A stretch of DNA of 64,000 nt from the NCBI GenBank assembly GCA_965206595.1, contig OZ242214.1, positions 1,280,001-1,344,000 of the forward strand, in the 5' to 3' direction. How positions within the stretch are numbered: the first letter of the stretch is position 1; each line of letters starts with the position of its first letter. Below, in pieces: positions 19,401-30,800 of this stretch. The DNA is from Candidatus Latescibacterota bacterium (GTDB lineage: Bacteria; Latescibacterota; UBA2968; UBA8231). The notes beneath the pieces are model-generated. The model worked only from the letters and a program-made list of their open reading frames with translations. It ran no database searches and was not told the origin of the DNA. Position numbers and translations under genes: made by a program.

Positions 19401-21110
19401 TCAGCCTGCTTTGGCGGCGGCCTGCGCGATCCTGTCGAGGGCGCCGGGAACGTCGGCGCCGAGGTGAAGACGCAGCACCCGGCGTCCGGCGTCGACGAGG
19501 GCCTGGCGGTCGCCGCGGGCCTGCGCAGCCTTCAGCACCCCGAAGGACATGGCCGATTCCGGGCTCCCGGCACGGTCCGGTATGGCCGCGTCCTCGGCGT
19601 CGTCGCAGGTGAGCTGCAGGAACAGCCCGTGACCGGCGTCCCCCTTGTGCAACTGCCCCGTCGAGTGCAGAAAGCGCGGCCCGTACCCGGCGGTGACCGC
19701 CATTCCGGTGCGCTCCCGTATCGCCAGCCGCAGGCGCTCGAGGGCGGCATCGGTCGCTGCGTCCGGGGGGAGCCAGGCCTGCAGGCAGACATAGCTGCGC
19801 CGCTGCGCCGCGGTCGAGGCCGCGGCGAACATGGCGGACAGCGCATCTTCCAGGCAGGAAGCCTCCGGGCCGGCCCCGTAGATCCCCAGGTCGCCGTCGA
19901 CGACGGCGGATTCCTCGGGCGGCAGGGTGCGGTCGCGGCGGTAGGCTTCCGTCATCTCCCCGGCCAGCTTCTTGGCCGCTTCGACGTCCGGCTGGTCGTA
20001 GGGGTTGATCCCGAGCAGGTGGCCGGCGACGATGGTGGCGATCTCCCAGATGACGAACTGCCCCGCGACGTCGAAGGCATCGTCGATGTTGAGGGGGATC
20101 ACCGGGTGCCCCGCGGCCGCAAGGGCTTCCAGCCTGGCGTCGAGGGCCGAATCGCCGGCAAGCCGCAAGCGGACGAACAGCCTGTCGCCGGCGTACTGCT
20201 CCGGCCCGGAGAGCGCTTCGCCGGCGACAGGGAGGATCCCTTTGCCCTCCTTGCCGGTGCTCTCGGCGAGCAGCTGTTCGATCCATGCCCCCAGCGGCGC
20301 AAGGGCGGGAGAGGCGACAAGGGTCAGCTTGTCGCGCCCGGCGAGGGCGCCGCTGGCGATGGCGGCTCCGAGAAAGAGACCGGGGTTGTCCTCTGTGGAA
20401 CGGCACTGCTCGACCGCTTCCCGCGCCCTCTCCAACAGGCGTTCGACGTCGATGCCGGCCAGACGCGCCGGCACCATCCCGAAGAACGAAAGCGCCGAAT
20501 AGCGGCCGCCGATGTCGGGGTCGTTGAGGAAGAGGTGGCGGAAGCCGAGGCCGCGGGCCAGCTCCTCGAGGCCGCTGCCGGGGTCGGTGATGGCGATGAA
20601 ATGATCCCCGGCTCTCCCCGGTCCGAGGGCATCGCCGAGAAGGTTGTAGAAGTACTTGAGGAAGGAGATGGTCTCGACCGTGCCCCCCGACTTGGTGGCG
20701 GCGATGAAGAGGGTCCGCGACGGGTCGAGCCGGCGAGCCTGCGCGAGCGCCGCGGCCGGGTCCGTGCTGTCGAGCACGGCGAGGTCGAGATGTCCGCGGG
20801 CGAAGCCGAAGATTCTGCGCATGACTTCAGGCGCCAGGCTCGATCCCCCCATTCCGAGGAGAAGGGCATGGGTGTAGCCGGCGGCGCGGACGGCCTCCAC
20901 CACCGGGTCGATTTCGCGAATCTTCTGCACCATGGCATCGGGGCTGTCCATCCAGCCCATGCGGTTGCCGACCTCGGCCGGATCGGGTGACCAGAGGGAG
21001 TGGTCCTTGTTCCACATGCGTTCGACGACGGAATTCTCGCGCATGCGGATCAGGGCGGTCCGCACAGGCTCGGAAAGGCTGGCGAGGTGAGAACTCGAAA
21101 TGCCGTTCAA
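19401..21110 (-). CDS. pgi: Glucose-6-phosphate isomerase (stand-alone, Tal-Pgi-type PGI domain)
   Basis: GMGGSSL, KSGGTVET, IGGRYSALS, AESTGK, DQPDVEAAK, GPRFLHSTGQLHKG. TTG start preceded by GGAG. Confidence 0.88.
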   Translation of the reverse strand: MNGISSSHLASLSEPVRTALIRMRENSVVERMWNKDHSLWSPDPAEVGNRMGWMDSPDAMVQKIREIDPVVEAVRAAGYTHALLLGMGGSSLAPEVMRRIFGFARGHLDLAVLDSTDPAAALAQARRLDPSRTLFIAATKSGGTVETISFLKYFYNLLGDALGPGRAGDHFIAITDPGSGLEELARGLGFRHLFLNDPDIGGRYSALSFFGMVPARLAGIDVERLLERAREAVEQCRSTEDNPGLFLGAAIASGALAGRDKLTLVASPALAPLGAWIEQLLAESTGKEGKGILPVAGEALSGPEQYAGDRLFVRLRLAGDSALDARLEALAAAGHPVIPLNIDDAFDVAGQFVIWEIATIVAGHLLGINPYDQPDVEAAKKLAGEMTEAYRRDRTLPPEESAVVDGDLGIYGAGPEASCLEDALSAMFAAASTAAQRRSYVCLQAWLPPDAATDAALERLRLAIRERTGMAVTAGYGPRFLHSTGQLHKGDAGHGLFLQLTCDDAEDAAIPDRAGSPESAMSFGVLKAAQARGDRQALVDAGRRVLRLHLGADVPGALDRIAQAAAKAG

Positions 21111-21553
21111 CTAGTCAATCTCCGCAAGCAGGTGGTGGCGAATGCCTTGAAAAAAGTAGGCCGCGATCATGGCCGTCTCCATTTTCTCAACTGCGGAACA
21201 GGTCTCCTTTCCGCGTTGACAGAAACTCCGAGGGGATTAGTGGTGGATGGAGGAGGGCAGGCAGGTAATTCCGGTTTCAATTGACGGGACGATTTCTTGA
21301 CTGGAAAAGATGGGCGGAATAGATTCGGATCTTTAAGCCATCACAGGGGTTTTTTCTATCGGCACGGTCCTCCCTTCCGCCGCCTGTGAACGAATCGGCA
21401 GCTGAACGCACCGGGCTTCGCTAAAAAAAACAGCCTTTCAAATTTTAAGAATCGGTTGAATGAAGAGACAGGCAGTAAGCGGTGTGGGGAAAGGGCTGTA
21501 TTTCTTCACCTGAAATCGAATCACTCAACTCAACAGAGGGAGAAACTGCAAAA

Positions 21554-22147
21554 ATGAGTATTCTGCACGAAGGCTGGAAACGCAGCTTCGATGTCTACGA
21601 CCGCATCAGGGAGCTGGGAATCGATCTGGGTTCCAAGGGCGAGTCGGTCTCCGACCCGAAAGGGCGGCGTATCGCCAGCGTGACCTTTACTCCGTCCGGC
21701 CTGGTTTTCACTTCGGGAACAGGGGGCGGACAGGGGGCCATGGCCGACGATGACGCCGACATCGAGCGTGGCTACGAAGCCGGCCGGGAGGCGGGAATCA
21801 GCCATCTGACGAGTCTGCACTGGGCGCTGGATCCCGAGGGCACGCTGAACGACGTCTGGTACTGCGTCAAATGCATCGGCATGGTCAACTCCCCTGGAGG
21901 GGGGATCTTTACCAAGTCGCCGGGTGTCGTCGACGGCTACTCCACCCTGTTTCACGACGTCTTCGGCGGGCCGCTGTCGAGCTCGGCCACGGACGGCCTG
22001 GACTCGTCGCTGTCGGGGTGGCATGCGCGCAGCGCCGTTGCCGGGTTCGACCTGCCTGGCGGGATTACCATAGAGCCGGAGATGATCTTTCAGATCGACC
22101 CCGAGCTGGCGACCCGCATCATCAGGGAACGCGGGCCGCACGTGTGA
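21554..22147 (+). CDS. RidA/YjgF-like (endoribonuclease L-PSP/chorismate mutase-like fold) protein
   Basis: RIRELGIDL, LVFTSG, VKCIGMVNS, VVDGYSTLF..VFG, HARSAV...LP...IEPE. Confidence 0.75.
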   Translation: MSILHEGWKRSFDVYDRIRELGIDLGSKGESVSDPKGRRIASVTFTPSGLVFTSGTGGGQGAMADDDADIERGYEAGREAGISHLTSLHWALDPEGTLNDVWYCVKCIGMVNSPGGGIFTKSPGVVDGYSTLFHDVFGGPLSSSATDGLDSSLSGWHARSAVAGFDLPGGITIEPEMIFQIDPELATRIIRERGPHV

Positions 22148-22395
22148 GCAACAATAAGATGAACCTCGAAGTTTTTGCCGAAGGCGAGGATTTCTACTCG
22201 CGGGGACCCGGCACCGCTCCACCGCTGCGCTGGATGCAGGATGAGGGGCACTGGGTCTGCACACCCCGGGATATCCCAGGAAGTGCAACCCAGGTCGAGG
22301 TTGCGAACCTGCCTGTCGAGCTGCAGGAGGAAATGCTGGCGTACGCGGCGCGGTCGGCTACCGCGGGGCTGCAGTACCGCAATCCGATGAATTGA
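22144..22395 (+). CDS. Small hypothetical protein (~83 aa)
   Basis: GTGA overlap with the RidA-like stop and protein-like composition. No recognised motif. Confidence 0.5.
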   Translation: MSNNKMNLEVFAEGEDFYSRGPGTAPPLRWMQDEGHWVCTPRDIPGSATQVEVANLPVELQEEMLAYAARSATAGLQYRNPMN

Positions 22396-22459
22396 CCGCT
22401 GCTTCCGGGGTGGTTGTGACGGTATTTGAGGACCTCTGTACGCTAGCTGACGATAGACA

Positions 22460-22535
<76 letters not shown>

Positions 22536-22538
22536 GGT

Positions 22539-22574
22539 AAGGGTCCGGTCGCGACATGCGAGCGGACCCTTTTT
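22539..22574 (+). terminator. Rho-independent terminator after the tRNA
   Basis: aagggtccg...cggaccctt stem followed by a T-tract. Confidence 0.8.
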
Positions 22575-22798
22575 CTTGCAAGCCGATGAGGGCGGCGGCG
22601 GTATGAAGTTCCTCAGGGTCCTGCAGGAAACTTATGGGGAGCAACTCGATTTCCGAACCGTTCCATTAAAGTTTTCTTGGGGCCGAAGGCTTCCGGTGAG
22701 GTATAAAAAATAGTGAAGTATCCGTCCCCGCCTGACCGCTCCTTTCTCCCCGGAAGCAACGGCCACCGATCGGAGGCCATACTGTCGGCTGGAGGGTT

Positions 22799-23581
22799 TC
22801 ACTCCCCTGGTCGCAGCAGGCAGTCGTCGTGCAGCGATTCGATCGGCCTGAAGTCGCGGTGGGCGATCCACTCGGCTCGTTTGAACCTGCGGATGTGGTT
22901 GTCGACGCGGCACAGGCTGAGATAGACGATCACCCGTCCCCAGGGGCTTATGTTCGGGGGCGAGGCGTGCACGATGTTCGAGTGGAACATCAGGACGGCG
23001 CCCGCCTTCCCTTTGGGCGCCTCGATCCCCCCTTCGTCAGTCAGCCGGGCAACCGTTTCCTGGTCGAGAGTCCACAGCGGATACGAGGTCGTCAGGGTAT
23101 CGTGGCCCGCCTCGATCACTCCCTGTCTGTGGCTGCGGGGGATGATGTATAAAGGGCCGTTGAACTCGCTCACCTCGTCGAGGAAGACCGCAATGTTCAT
23201 CGCCCTCGGTTCCGGCATCCCGTCGTCCCGCGCCCAGGTTCCGTAGTCCTGGTGCCACTGCCAGACATCGCCGCTGAAGGCCGCCTTGCCGTTGATCTTG
23301 TACTGGTGCATGTACACTGGTCCGTCGAGGAGTTGCATAACCGGACCGATCAGGCGCGGATGGCGCTCCAGGCGGGCGAAGACCTCGTTGTAGGTATGGG
23401 CGGCGAACGCCGTGCGCACGGCCTCCCCATCCTTCTCGCGCCAGACCTCCTCCCGGTGCATGGAGAAGATTACAGGCAGCTCGGCTTTCAGGACCGCGAT
23501 CTCTTCGGGGGCAAACAGATTGGGGAGGAACACCCAGCCTTCGGTTGCGAATTGAAGCAGCTGGTCTTCGTTCAATTTCAT
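22799..23581 (-). CDS. PhyH-family Fe(II)/2OG dioxygenase (proline/ectoine hydroxylase-like)
   Basis: YKINGK..WQWHQDYGTW..DGMPEPR, IPRSH, distal H (IVHAS), R (GRVIV). Confidence 0.9.
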   Translation of the reverse strand: MKLNEDQLLQFATEGWVFLPNLFAPEEIAVLKAELPVIFSMHREEVWREKDGEAVRTAFAAHTYNEVFARLERHPRLIGPVMQLLDGPVYMHQYKINGKAAFSGDVWQWHQDYGTWARDDGMPEPRAMNIAVFLDEVSEFNGPLYIIPRSHRQGVIEAGHDTLTTSYPLWTLDQETVARLTDEGGIEAPKGKAGAVLMFHSNIVHASPPNISPWGRVIVYLSLCRVDNHIRRFKRAEWIAHRDFRPIESLHDDCLLRPGE

Positions 23582-23898
23582 CGGAGAGCAAAGCTCCTTT
23601 TTTCGAGCCCGATCTGATTCCGCGGCACCATCGGATGCAGAATGAAGCTCCCCGGCGCCGGGGCGGAAACCGGGGCCGGGGTGGTGTCGATAACAGGGGC
23701 GGAGAAGGGAGCCGGCGCAGGTTGCAAATCGGTTGATCCCCTGGCGCGCCTGGAATATGTTGGTGGCGTCTCCTCTTAAATCAATGGCCCCCCAAAACCC
23801 GTGGCAACGGAAGTTCGCCCCTGCCTGTCTCGCCGCCGTAACAGCCGCGGAGTGACGGCCGATCCAGGGCACGGGATTCAGCCTCCGGGCACTCGAAA

Positions 23899-24789
23899 AT
23901 GAACACGCGCGCGACCTACGATCTGCACCTTCACAGCTACTGGAGCCACGACGCCTCCGCGGCTCCTGAGAGCCACCTGCGCCGGGCGCGGGAGCTCGGG
24001 GTTCGCTGGATCGCCCTCACCGAGCATTACCACCTCGATTCGCTCGCGGAACTACTCGAAGCCGCGGCCGGCTACCCGGAAGTGACCCCGATCCCCGCGG
24101 CGGAGCTGACCGTCGAGACCTCGATCGGGGAGGTCGATCTTCTCTGCTACGGGTTCCCGCTTTCGCAACCACCGGAGCTGCGGGAGCTGCTGCACACCTA
24201 CAGGGAATGGCGGACCGAGATGGGCCGGTCCCTCGTCAGGGGCCTGCGCGAGCAGGGTTGCGACATCGACGAGAGCGGCCTCATGGACCTCGCCAGAACC
24301 TACCGTCGTTCGGATGTCGTCGACCGGCACGGACTCACGCAGGTAAAGGGGGAGGCGCTGCGTCGATACCTGCTGGAAACCGGCATGATCGGTAGCGATG
24401 ACGAGTTCGCCGGGTTCCGGGCCAGGGCAAAGCAGCTGGGAGGGGCGCCTTCGTATCCCCCAGTGGCCGAGGTGGTTCCCGCGGTCAGGGGATTGGGAGC
24501 GGTGGTGTCGATCGCCCACCCCCACGACAGCTTCGACCAGGGGGACCGCACCCGCATGGACGCCCTGCGGGAGGAGATCGGTTTCGACGGCATCGAGTGC
24601 GCCCATCCCATGGTCCCGCCGGAGTTCACCCCGTTCTACCGGGCCTACTGCGTCGACAACGGACTGGTGTCGACCGGCGGCTCCGATTCCCACACCGAGG
24701 CCGACATCGAAGCGGGTTTCGCCGGTCACGCGGGAGCAGACGAGTGGTTAGAGGAGCTGCTCGAGCGCCTGCCCGCCGCCCGGAAGTAA
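23899..24789 (+). CDS. PHP-domain metal-dependent phosphoesterase
   Basis: DLHLHS, ALTEH, AAELT, IAHP, GGSDSH. Confidence 0.88.
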   Translation: MNTRATYDLHLHSYWSHDASAAPESHLRRARELGVRWIALTEHYHLDSLAELLEAAAGYPEVTPIPAAELTVETSIGEVDLLCYGFPLSQPPELRELLHTYREWRTEMGRSLVRGLREQGCDIDESGLMDLARTYRRSDVVDRHGLTQVKGEALRRYLLETGMIGSDDEFAGFRARAKQLGGAPSYPPVAEVVPAVRGLGAVVSIAHPHDSFDQGDRTRMDALREEIGFDGIECAHPMVPPEFTPFYRAYCVDNGLVSTGGSDSHTEADIEAGFAGHAGADEWLEELLERLPAARK

Positions 24790-24839
24790 CCGAGCCGTCC
24801 CGAGGCCTCGGGCCCGGGAGCGGCGTACTATCCCGCGGC

Positions 24840-27800
24840 ATGGGGGCCGCTGGCCACCTGTTCGCCGCCGCCCTCTGCCTTTCGCTCGCCGCGGCCGCGG
24901 CCGCCGACCAGGCCGCCCGGCTCACCGCCGACATAGAATTCCTGACCTCGAACGGCTCGCGCGCCGTCGGTTATCCGGGCGCCGCCGCGGCTGCCGGTCG
25001 GATCGAAGACCGCTTCCGCGATCTCGGGCTGACCGACGTGCGCCGCCGGGAGTACCGGGTCGGAATGCCGGTGGACCGCGGCGCCTCCCTCGCGGTCGAA
25101 GAGACCGGCCTGTCGATTCCCCTCCTGTGCATGTGGCCCAACCTCGTGCGCACCCCCACCCTTCCGCCCGCAGGCCTGCGCCTGCCGCTGGTGTACGCCG
25201 GCGGCGGCGAGTGGGCGGAGCTGAACGGGCGCGAGCTCGAGGGCCGCGCCGTTCTCATGGAGTTCAACAGCGGTCTGAACTGGATGCGACCCGCCTCCCT
25301 CGGGGCCGCTGCCGTGCTCTTCATCGAGCCGGAGGAGACGACCGCCAGGGAGGCCCAGCGCAAGTACGCGGTCGCCCCTCTCGATGTTCCGCGCTTCTGG
25401 ATCGACAGCCGCTCCGGGAAGCGGCTGCGCCGGCGCCTCGATGAAAAAGGGGAGCTGGCGGTAACCCTGCGCGGGCGCATGGACTGGGAGATGCGCCCGG
25501 CGTGGAACCTGACCGCGTTTCTGGAGGGCGCCGACCCGGAGCTCGCCGGAGAGACGGTGGTGCTGCAGGCTTACTACGACGCCGCCTCGGTGGTTCCCGC
25601 CCTGGCCCCGGGAGCGACCGCTGCGTGCGGGATCGCCGCCCTGCTCGAAACCGCGCTCCATCTCGTCGAGCAGCGTCCTGCGCACAGCGTCCTCTTTCTC
25701 GCCACCTCCGCCCATTACCAGGCGCAGCAGGGGATCGTCGACTTCGTCAACCGGCGCGCCCGCACTCACGAGGAGTACTCCGCCCGCTACGGGGAACCGC
25801 TCGACATAAGCCTTTTCGTCGGATTCGACCTCTCCGGGGGCAGCGACCAGCTGGGGGTATGGAACAACCTGTCCGGCGACGAGCTGCGCCGCTTCTTCCT
25901 CCCGTACTCCCGCGTCTTCATGGCCCACGGGGAAGCGGCCGCAGGGGAGCTGGGACGGGATGCCGAGCGCGCCTTCTTCAACGGCGTCAGTCCGGTCCGC
26001 GGCAGGAGCTGGGAATCGCTCGCACCGGGGGGAATCAACCCCGACGCGGGATGGGTTCACGCCGCGGGAGTGCCTGCCCTCACTCTGGCCACGGTCAACG
26101 ACGGCCGGCAGTCGGAGTCCACCCCACTCGACCGCGCCGTCGACATCGGCAACCTCGACCGCCAGGTGGAGCTGCTGAAGCGGACGCTCGCCGGGGTCCT
26201 CAACAATCCCGAGCTGTCCTCCGGGCGCGCGGCCCTGGCCGGGGTCGTCAAGGACCGGATGCGGGATCTCCTCGTCCAGGCGCGGCAGTATCCCAGGCGC
26301 AGCCAGACTCCCGACCGTCCGGTGCCGGGCGCCCTGGCAGTGCTCAACACCTACGACAAGCAGGAGACCGGCGTTCACGGGCAGCGGGTGGCAATCGCCG
26401 ACGGAGACGGCAACGCCGTCTTCAGGGGGATTCCCTCCACCGCGGAGAAGCTCGCCGCCTTCGAGCTCGACCCGAAATCGGGGGCGATCCTCGCGGCGCC
26501 CGACCTCGCCAAGCGCGCCTCCCAGCACCACGGGAAACCGCTGCCCACCGGTTATCTCAGGGCCGCGGCGAACCGGTCGATAAACATCCGGACGATCGTG
26601 CTGTTCAAGACCCGGGGCCGCGAGATCTACTCCCTCATCAGTCCGCGGTCGCTGCTGGGGTACGGGGCTCCGACGGTCATGAACCAGGGCGGCGCCGAGC
26701 CGCGGCAGTACGGGTTCCTGCTCAGCAAATACCCGGAAGAACCTGCCGGAGTCCTGTTCGGTCCGGCCCTGGGAGGCGAGGAGAACCGCCTGCGGTTCTT
26801 CTTCGGCGGGCTGCTGGAACAGCGGCTGCTGCTGCTGAACAGCAAGGGGCACGGCAGCGAGGAGGAGGCCCGCGGCATCGGCTACTCCCTGGGGGAGGAA
26901 GCCCTCACCCGGCTGACGGAGAAAGCGGCGCGCGACATGTGGCGGCTCGACGAGCAGCGGCTCGTGAAGCTCCGCGAGCACTCGATCGGCAGCCGCAGTC
27001 TCGAGCGCCTGCACCAGGGCGCCGGGGAGCTGCTGGAGGAGGCCGCCGCGGCGGCCGCGGAGCTGCGCTGGGACCGCTACGTCGCCAGGGCGCGCGAAGC
27101 CCTCGGCCTCGAGGCGTGCGTCTATCCCCGGATCCTCGAGACCCTCAACGACGTGATCAAGGGGATGGTCTTCTTCCTGGCGCTGGTGGTTCCCGCGGCC
27201 TTCTTCGGCGAGCGCCTGTTCTTCGCCGCCGCCGACATCCGCCGGCAGCTCCTCGGACTGGCGGTGCTGGTGCTGCTGATCTGGATGATCCTCTCGCAGG
27301 TGCACCCCGCCTTCGACATCGCCCACCCGCTGGTGATCGTGCTGGCGTTTACGATCATGGCCATGGCCATCCTGGTGCTTTGGATGGTCAGCGCCCGTTT
27401 CAACAAGACCGCGGCCGAATACCGGTCCCGGGTGGCGCAGGTGCACAAGGCGGACGTATCGCGGTTCGGCGCGGCCTACGTCGCCTTCATGCTCGGCATT
27501 TCGAACATGAGGCGCCGCAAGCTGCGCACGGCGATGACGCTGATCACCCTGACGCTGCTGACCTTCTCGGTGCTGTCGTTCACCTCGTTCGAGGACCGTG
27601 TCCGCTTCGTGGCGATGCCTGCTCCCTTCGAAGGGGAGCGCCAGGGCCTGCTGATCCGCGACCGCAACTGGGGGATGCTGAGCTACCCCGCCTGGGACTA
27701 CGCGCGGTCCCACTTCGGAGCCGCCGCGGTCCTGGTTCCGCGCTACTGGCATTCCGGCCACAAGGGGAGCGCCAGCTACGTCGAGGTGCGCCGCGGGAAG

Positions 27801-30800
27801 AGGGTTGCCCGCGCCCTCGGAATGATCGGGCTCGCCCCCGGCGAGCGCCTGGTGACCGGGGTCGACCGCTGCCTCGTCGCCGGCAGCTTCTTCGAAGAGG
27901 GGGACGAGGAGACCTGCCTGCTGCCGGATGAAATGGCGGATGCCCTCGGCATCTCCGCCGCGGACGCCGGCTCGGTCCGCGTCCGCGTTTTCGGCCGCGA
28001 CCTCCTGGTGCGGGGGATCTTCTCCGCCGCGGCTCTCGACGACCTGCGCGACCTCGACGGCGGCAGCCTGACCCCGATCGACACCCGCGTCGCCGCCTTC
28101 GACCCGCTCGACCAGCTGCTGGAGGCGGCGGAGGAGGAGGGGGGGGAGGAAGCGGCAGTGGTTGAGATGACAGCCGCCCTGCACCTGCCGGCTGCCAACG
28201 TCCTTATCACCCCGCACCGGACGCAGCAGGACTTCGGGGGGTCTCTTCACTCGGTGGCGGCGCGCTTCCGCGAAGATTCACGGCCGGTCGAGCTCATCGA
28301 GAAGTACCTGCTGCGCGTCGCCGCCTTCATGTACGCCGGAATCCCCGACGACGCCGGCGGCATCTCCGTGTACCGCTACAGCTCCGTCGGGCTGACCTCG
28401 GTCCAGGGGCTGGGAGCGCTGGCGATACCGGCGGTGATCGCGGCGATGATCGTCCTCAACGCCATGCTCGGCGCCGTGTACGAGCGCTTCCGCGAAATCG
28501 GCATCTACTCCTCGGTCGGCCTGGCTCCCGTCCACATCTCCGTGCTCTTCCTCGCCGAGGCGACGGTGTACGCCATTCTCGGGGTGACCATGGGGTACCT
28601 CTTGGGACAGGGGCTCGGAAAGCTGCTGATCGCCCTCGACATGCTCTCGGGGATCACCCTCAACTACTCCTCCGTCTCCGCGGTGGTCGCCGCCATCTCG
28701 GTGATGGCCATCGTGCTGCTGTCGACACTCTACCCGGCGCGGGTGGCGGCCAGGGTGGCGGTCCCCGAAGCCGTCCGGCGCTGGCGCCCCCCGGATCCGG
28801 ACGGGGACCGGTGGGTCTTTGCGTTTCCCTTCAACGTCAGCGAGTCCGAGGCCGCGGCAACCTGCGGCTTCCTGCACTCCTTCTTCGCCGCCCACGGCGG
28901 CGCCGTCGGCGGCAGGATGTACACCGAGGGGCTCGCCCTGCAGCGGCGGCAGACCCCGGCCGGGGCGTCGTACAGCATCGACTTCCGCATGTGGCTGTCT
29001 CCGTACGACCTCGGGGTGAGCGAGAAGGTGCGCCTCGAGCTGACCCCCGCGGCAGATGCCCCGGGGCTGTACGCGATCGCCGTGGAGATCGAGCGCGTCA
29101 GCGGCGAGCAGCTGAACTGGCGCCGCCTCAACGGCCCGTTCTTCAAGGTGCTGCGCCGGCAGCTGTTGATCTGGAACACCCTGCCGGCCGAAACCCGCGG
29201 CGGGCACCGGCACACCGCCCAGCGGCTGCTGGAGGCCGGGAAGCAGGAAGAGTCGGAATCTCCGGGGCCGCGACTCGCCGCAGTCCCGGGCGAAGACCCT
29301 GGGGAAACCGGCGAACAGCGCCGGTCGCCGTTCTCCTGGCGGGCAATCGCCATCGGCGCCGCCGGCGCCGCGGCGGTCGGGGTGGGGGCTCCCTACTGCG
29401 TCTTCATGCTCAAAGGGTCCTGGATGGCGATCAACAGCACGGTGCCGATCGCCATCTTCTACTTCTTCATCGTCGTCGTCATCGCCAACGTGATCCTGGG
29501 TCTTGTGGCGAGGAGGTGGGAGCTCCCCAAGGCGGACCTGATCCTGGTCTACGTCATGCTGACCATGGCCGCGGCGGTACCCAACCAGGCCTTCGTCGGC
29601 TACGTCATCCCCTGTATCGCCGGATTCTTCTACTACGCCACCCCGGAAAACAAGTGGTTGGACATGTACCTGGCCGACGTCCCGGAGTGGATGGTCCCCG
29701 ACATCGCCGCCGCGGAGCTGTTGCACGAGGGCCTGCCGCCGGGGGAGCCGGTTCCCTGGCAGGGCTGGGCGGAGCCGCTGACCTGGTGGTACCTCTTCTT
29801 CCTCGCCCTGAGCCTGATGATGATCTGCCTCAACGTGATCCTCCACCGGCAGTGGTCGGTTCACGAGCGGCTCGAGTACCCGATGGTGCAGGTGCCGCTG
29901 CACATGATAGAGCGCTCGCAGGGGGCCTTCGCACCGCTCGGTCCCTTCTTCAGGAACCGCTGGGCCTGGATCGGATTTCTCGTGCCGTTCCTGCTGCTCG
30001 GCCTGGGCGGGCTGCAGCACTACTTCCCGGCGGTTCCCGTCTTCAGCCCGAGCTTCGGCGCCCTGTCGCTGATGGACGGCGCCTTCATTCTCAAGTTCCA
30101 CACCAACTACGCCTGGGTCGGGATTTCCTATCTCGTCAATCTCGATGTCACCATGAGCATCTGGGTCTTCTGGATTCTCGGGGTGTTGCAGAAGGCGCTG
30201 TTGGGCAAATTCGGGGTCGCCCCGACCGAGACCCTGAGCTTCTACTCGCTGCACTCGGCCGACCTCGCCCACCAGGCGACCGGGGCCTGCTGGGTCTTCG
30301 TCGCCTGGGGCCTGTGGGTCGCCAGGCGCCACCTGAAGCAGGTGCTGTCCAACGCCTTCGGGCGCCGGGCGGTCGACGACTCGGAAGAGCTGATCTCCTA
30401 CCGCGCTGCGGTCCTCGGGTTCGCCGCCAGCCTCCTGTTCATCGGCGCCTGGCTGTGGAGGTCGGGGATGCCGCTGGTGGTGCTGCCGATGTTTCTCGTC
30501 TCGGCGCTGATCTTCTACATCCTGGTGACCCGCGTGGTGGCGACCGCCGGGGTGGCCACGGCGCGCTCGCCGATGATCTCGGCGTTCGTCGTCATCTCCG
30601 GCCTCGGCAGCGCCTTCATCGGCACCAAGGGCCTGGTGGCGCTGACCTTCACCTATCTGTGGCACTCGGAGATGCGCCTGTTTCCGATGGTGGTGTGCGC
30701 CCAGAACCTCAAGCTCGCCGAGACCGTCCGCGGCCCCAAGGGGAGGCTGTTCTGGGCGATCTGCATCGCCCTCGTGGTCAGCCTGCTGGCGGCGACCTGG

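Noticed and set aside
21111-21170. In-frame TAG directly before the pgi TTG, suggesting readthrough or a lost transaldolase fusion
   Set aside because: The upstream peptide shows no transaldolase similarity, and a GGAG RBS supports the TTG start.
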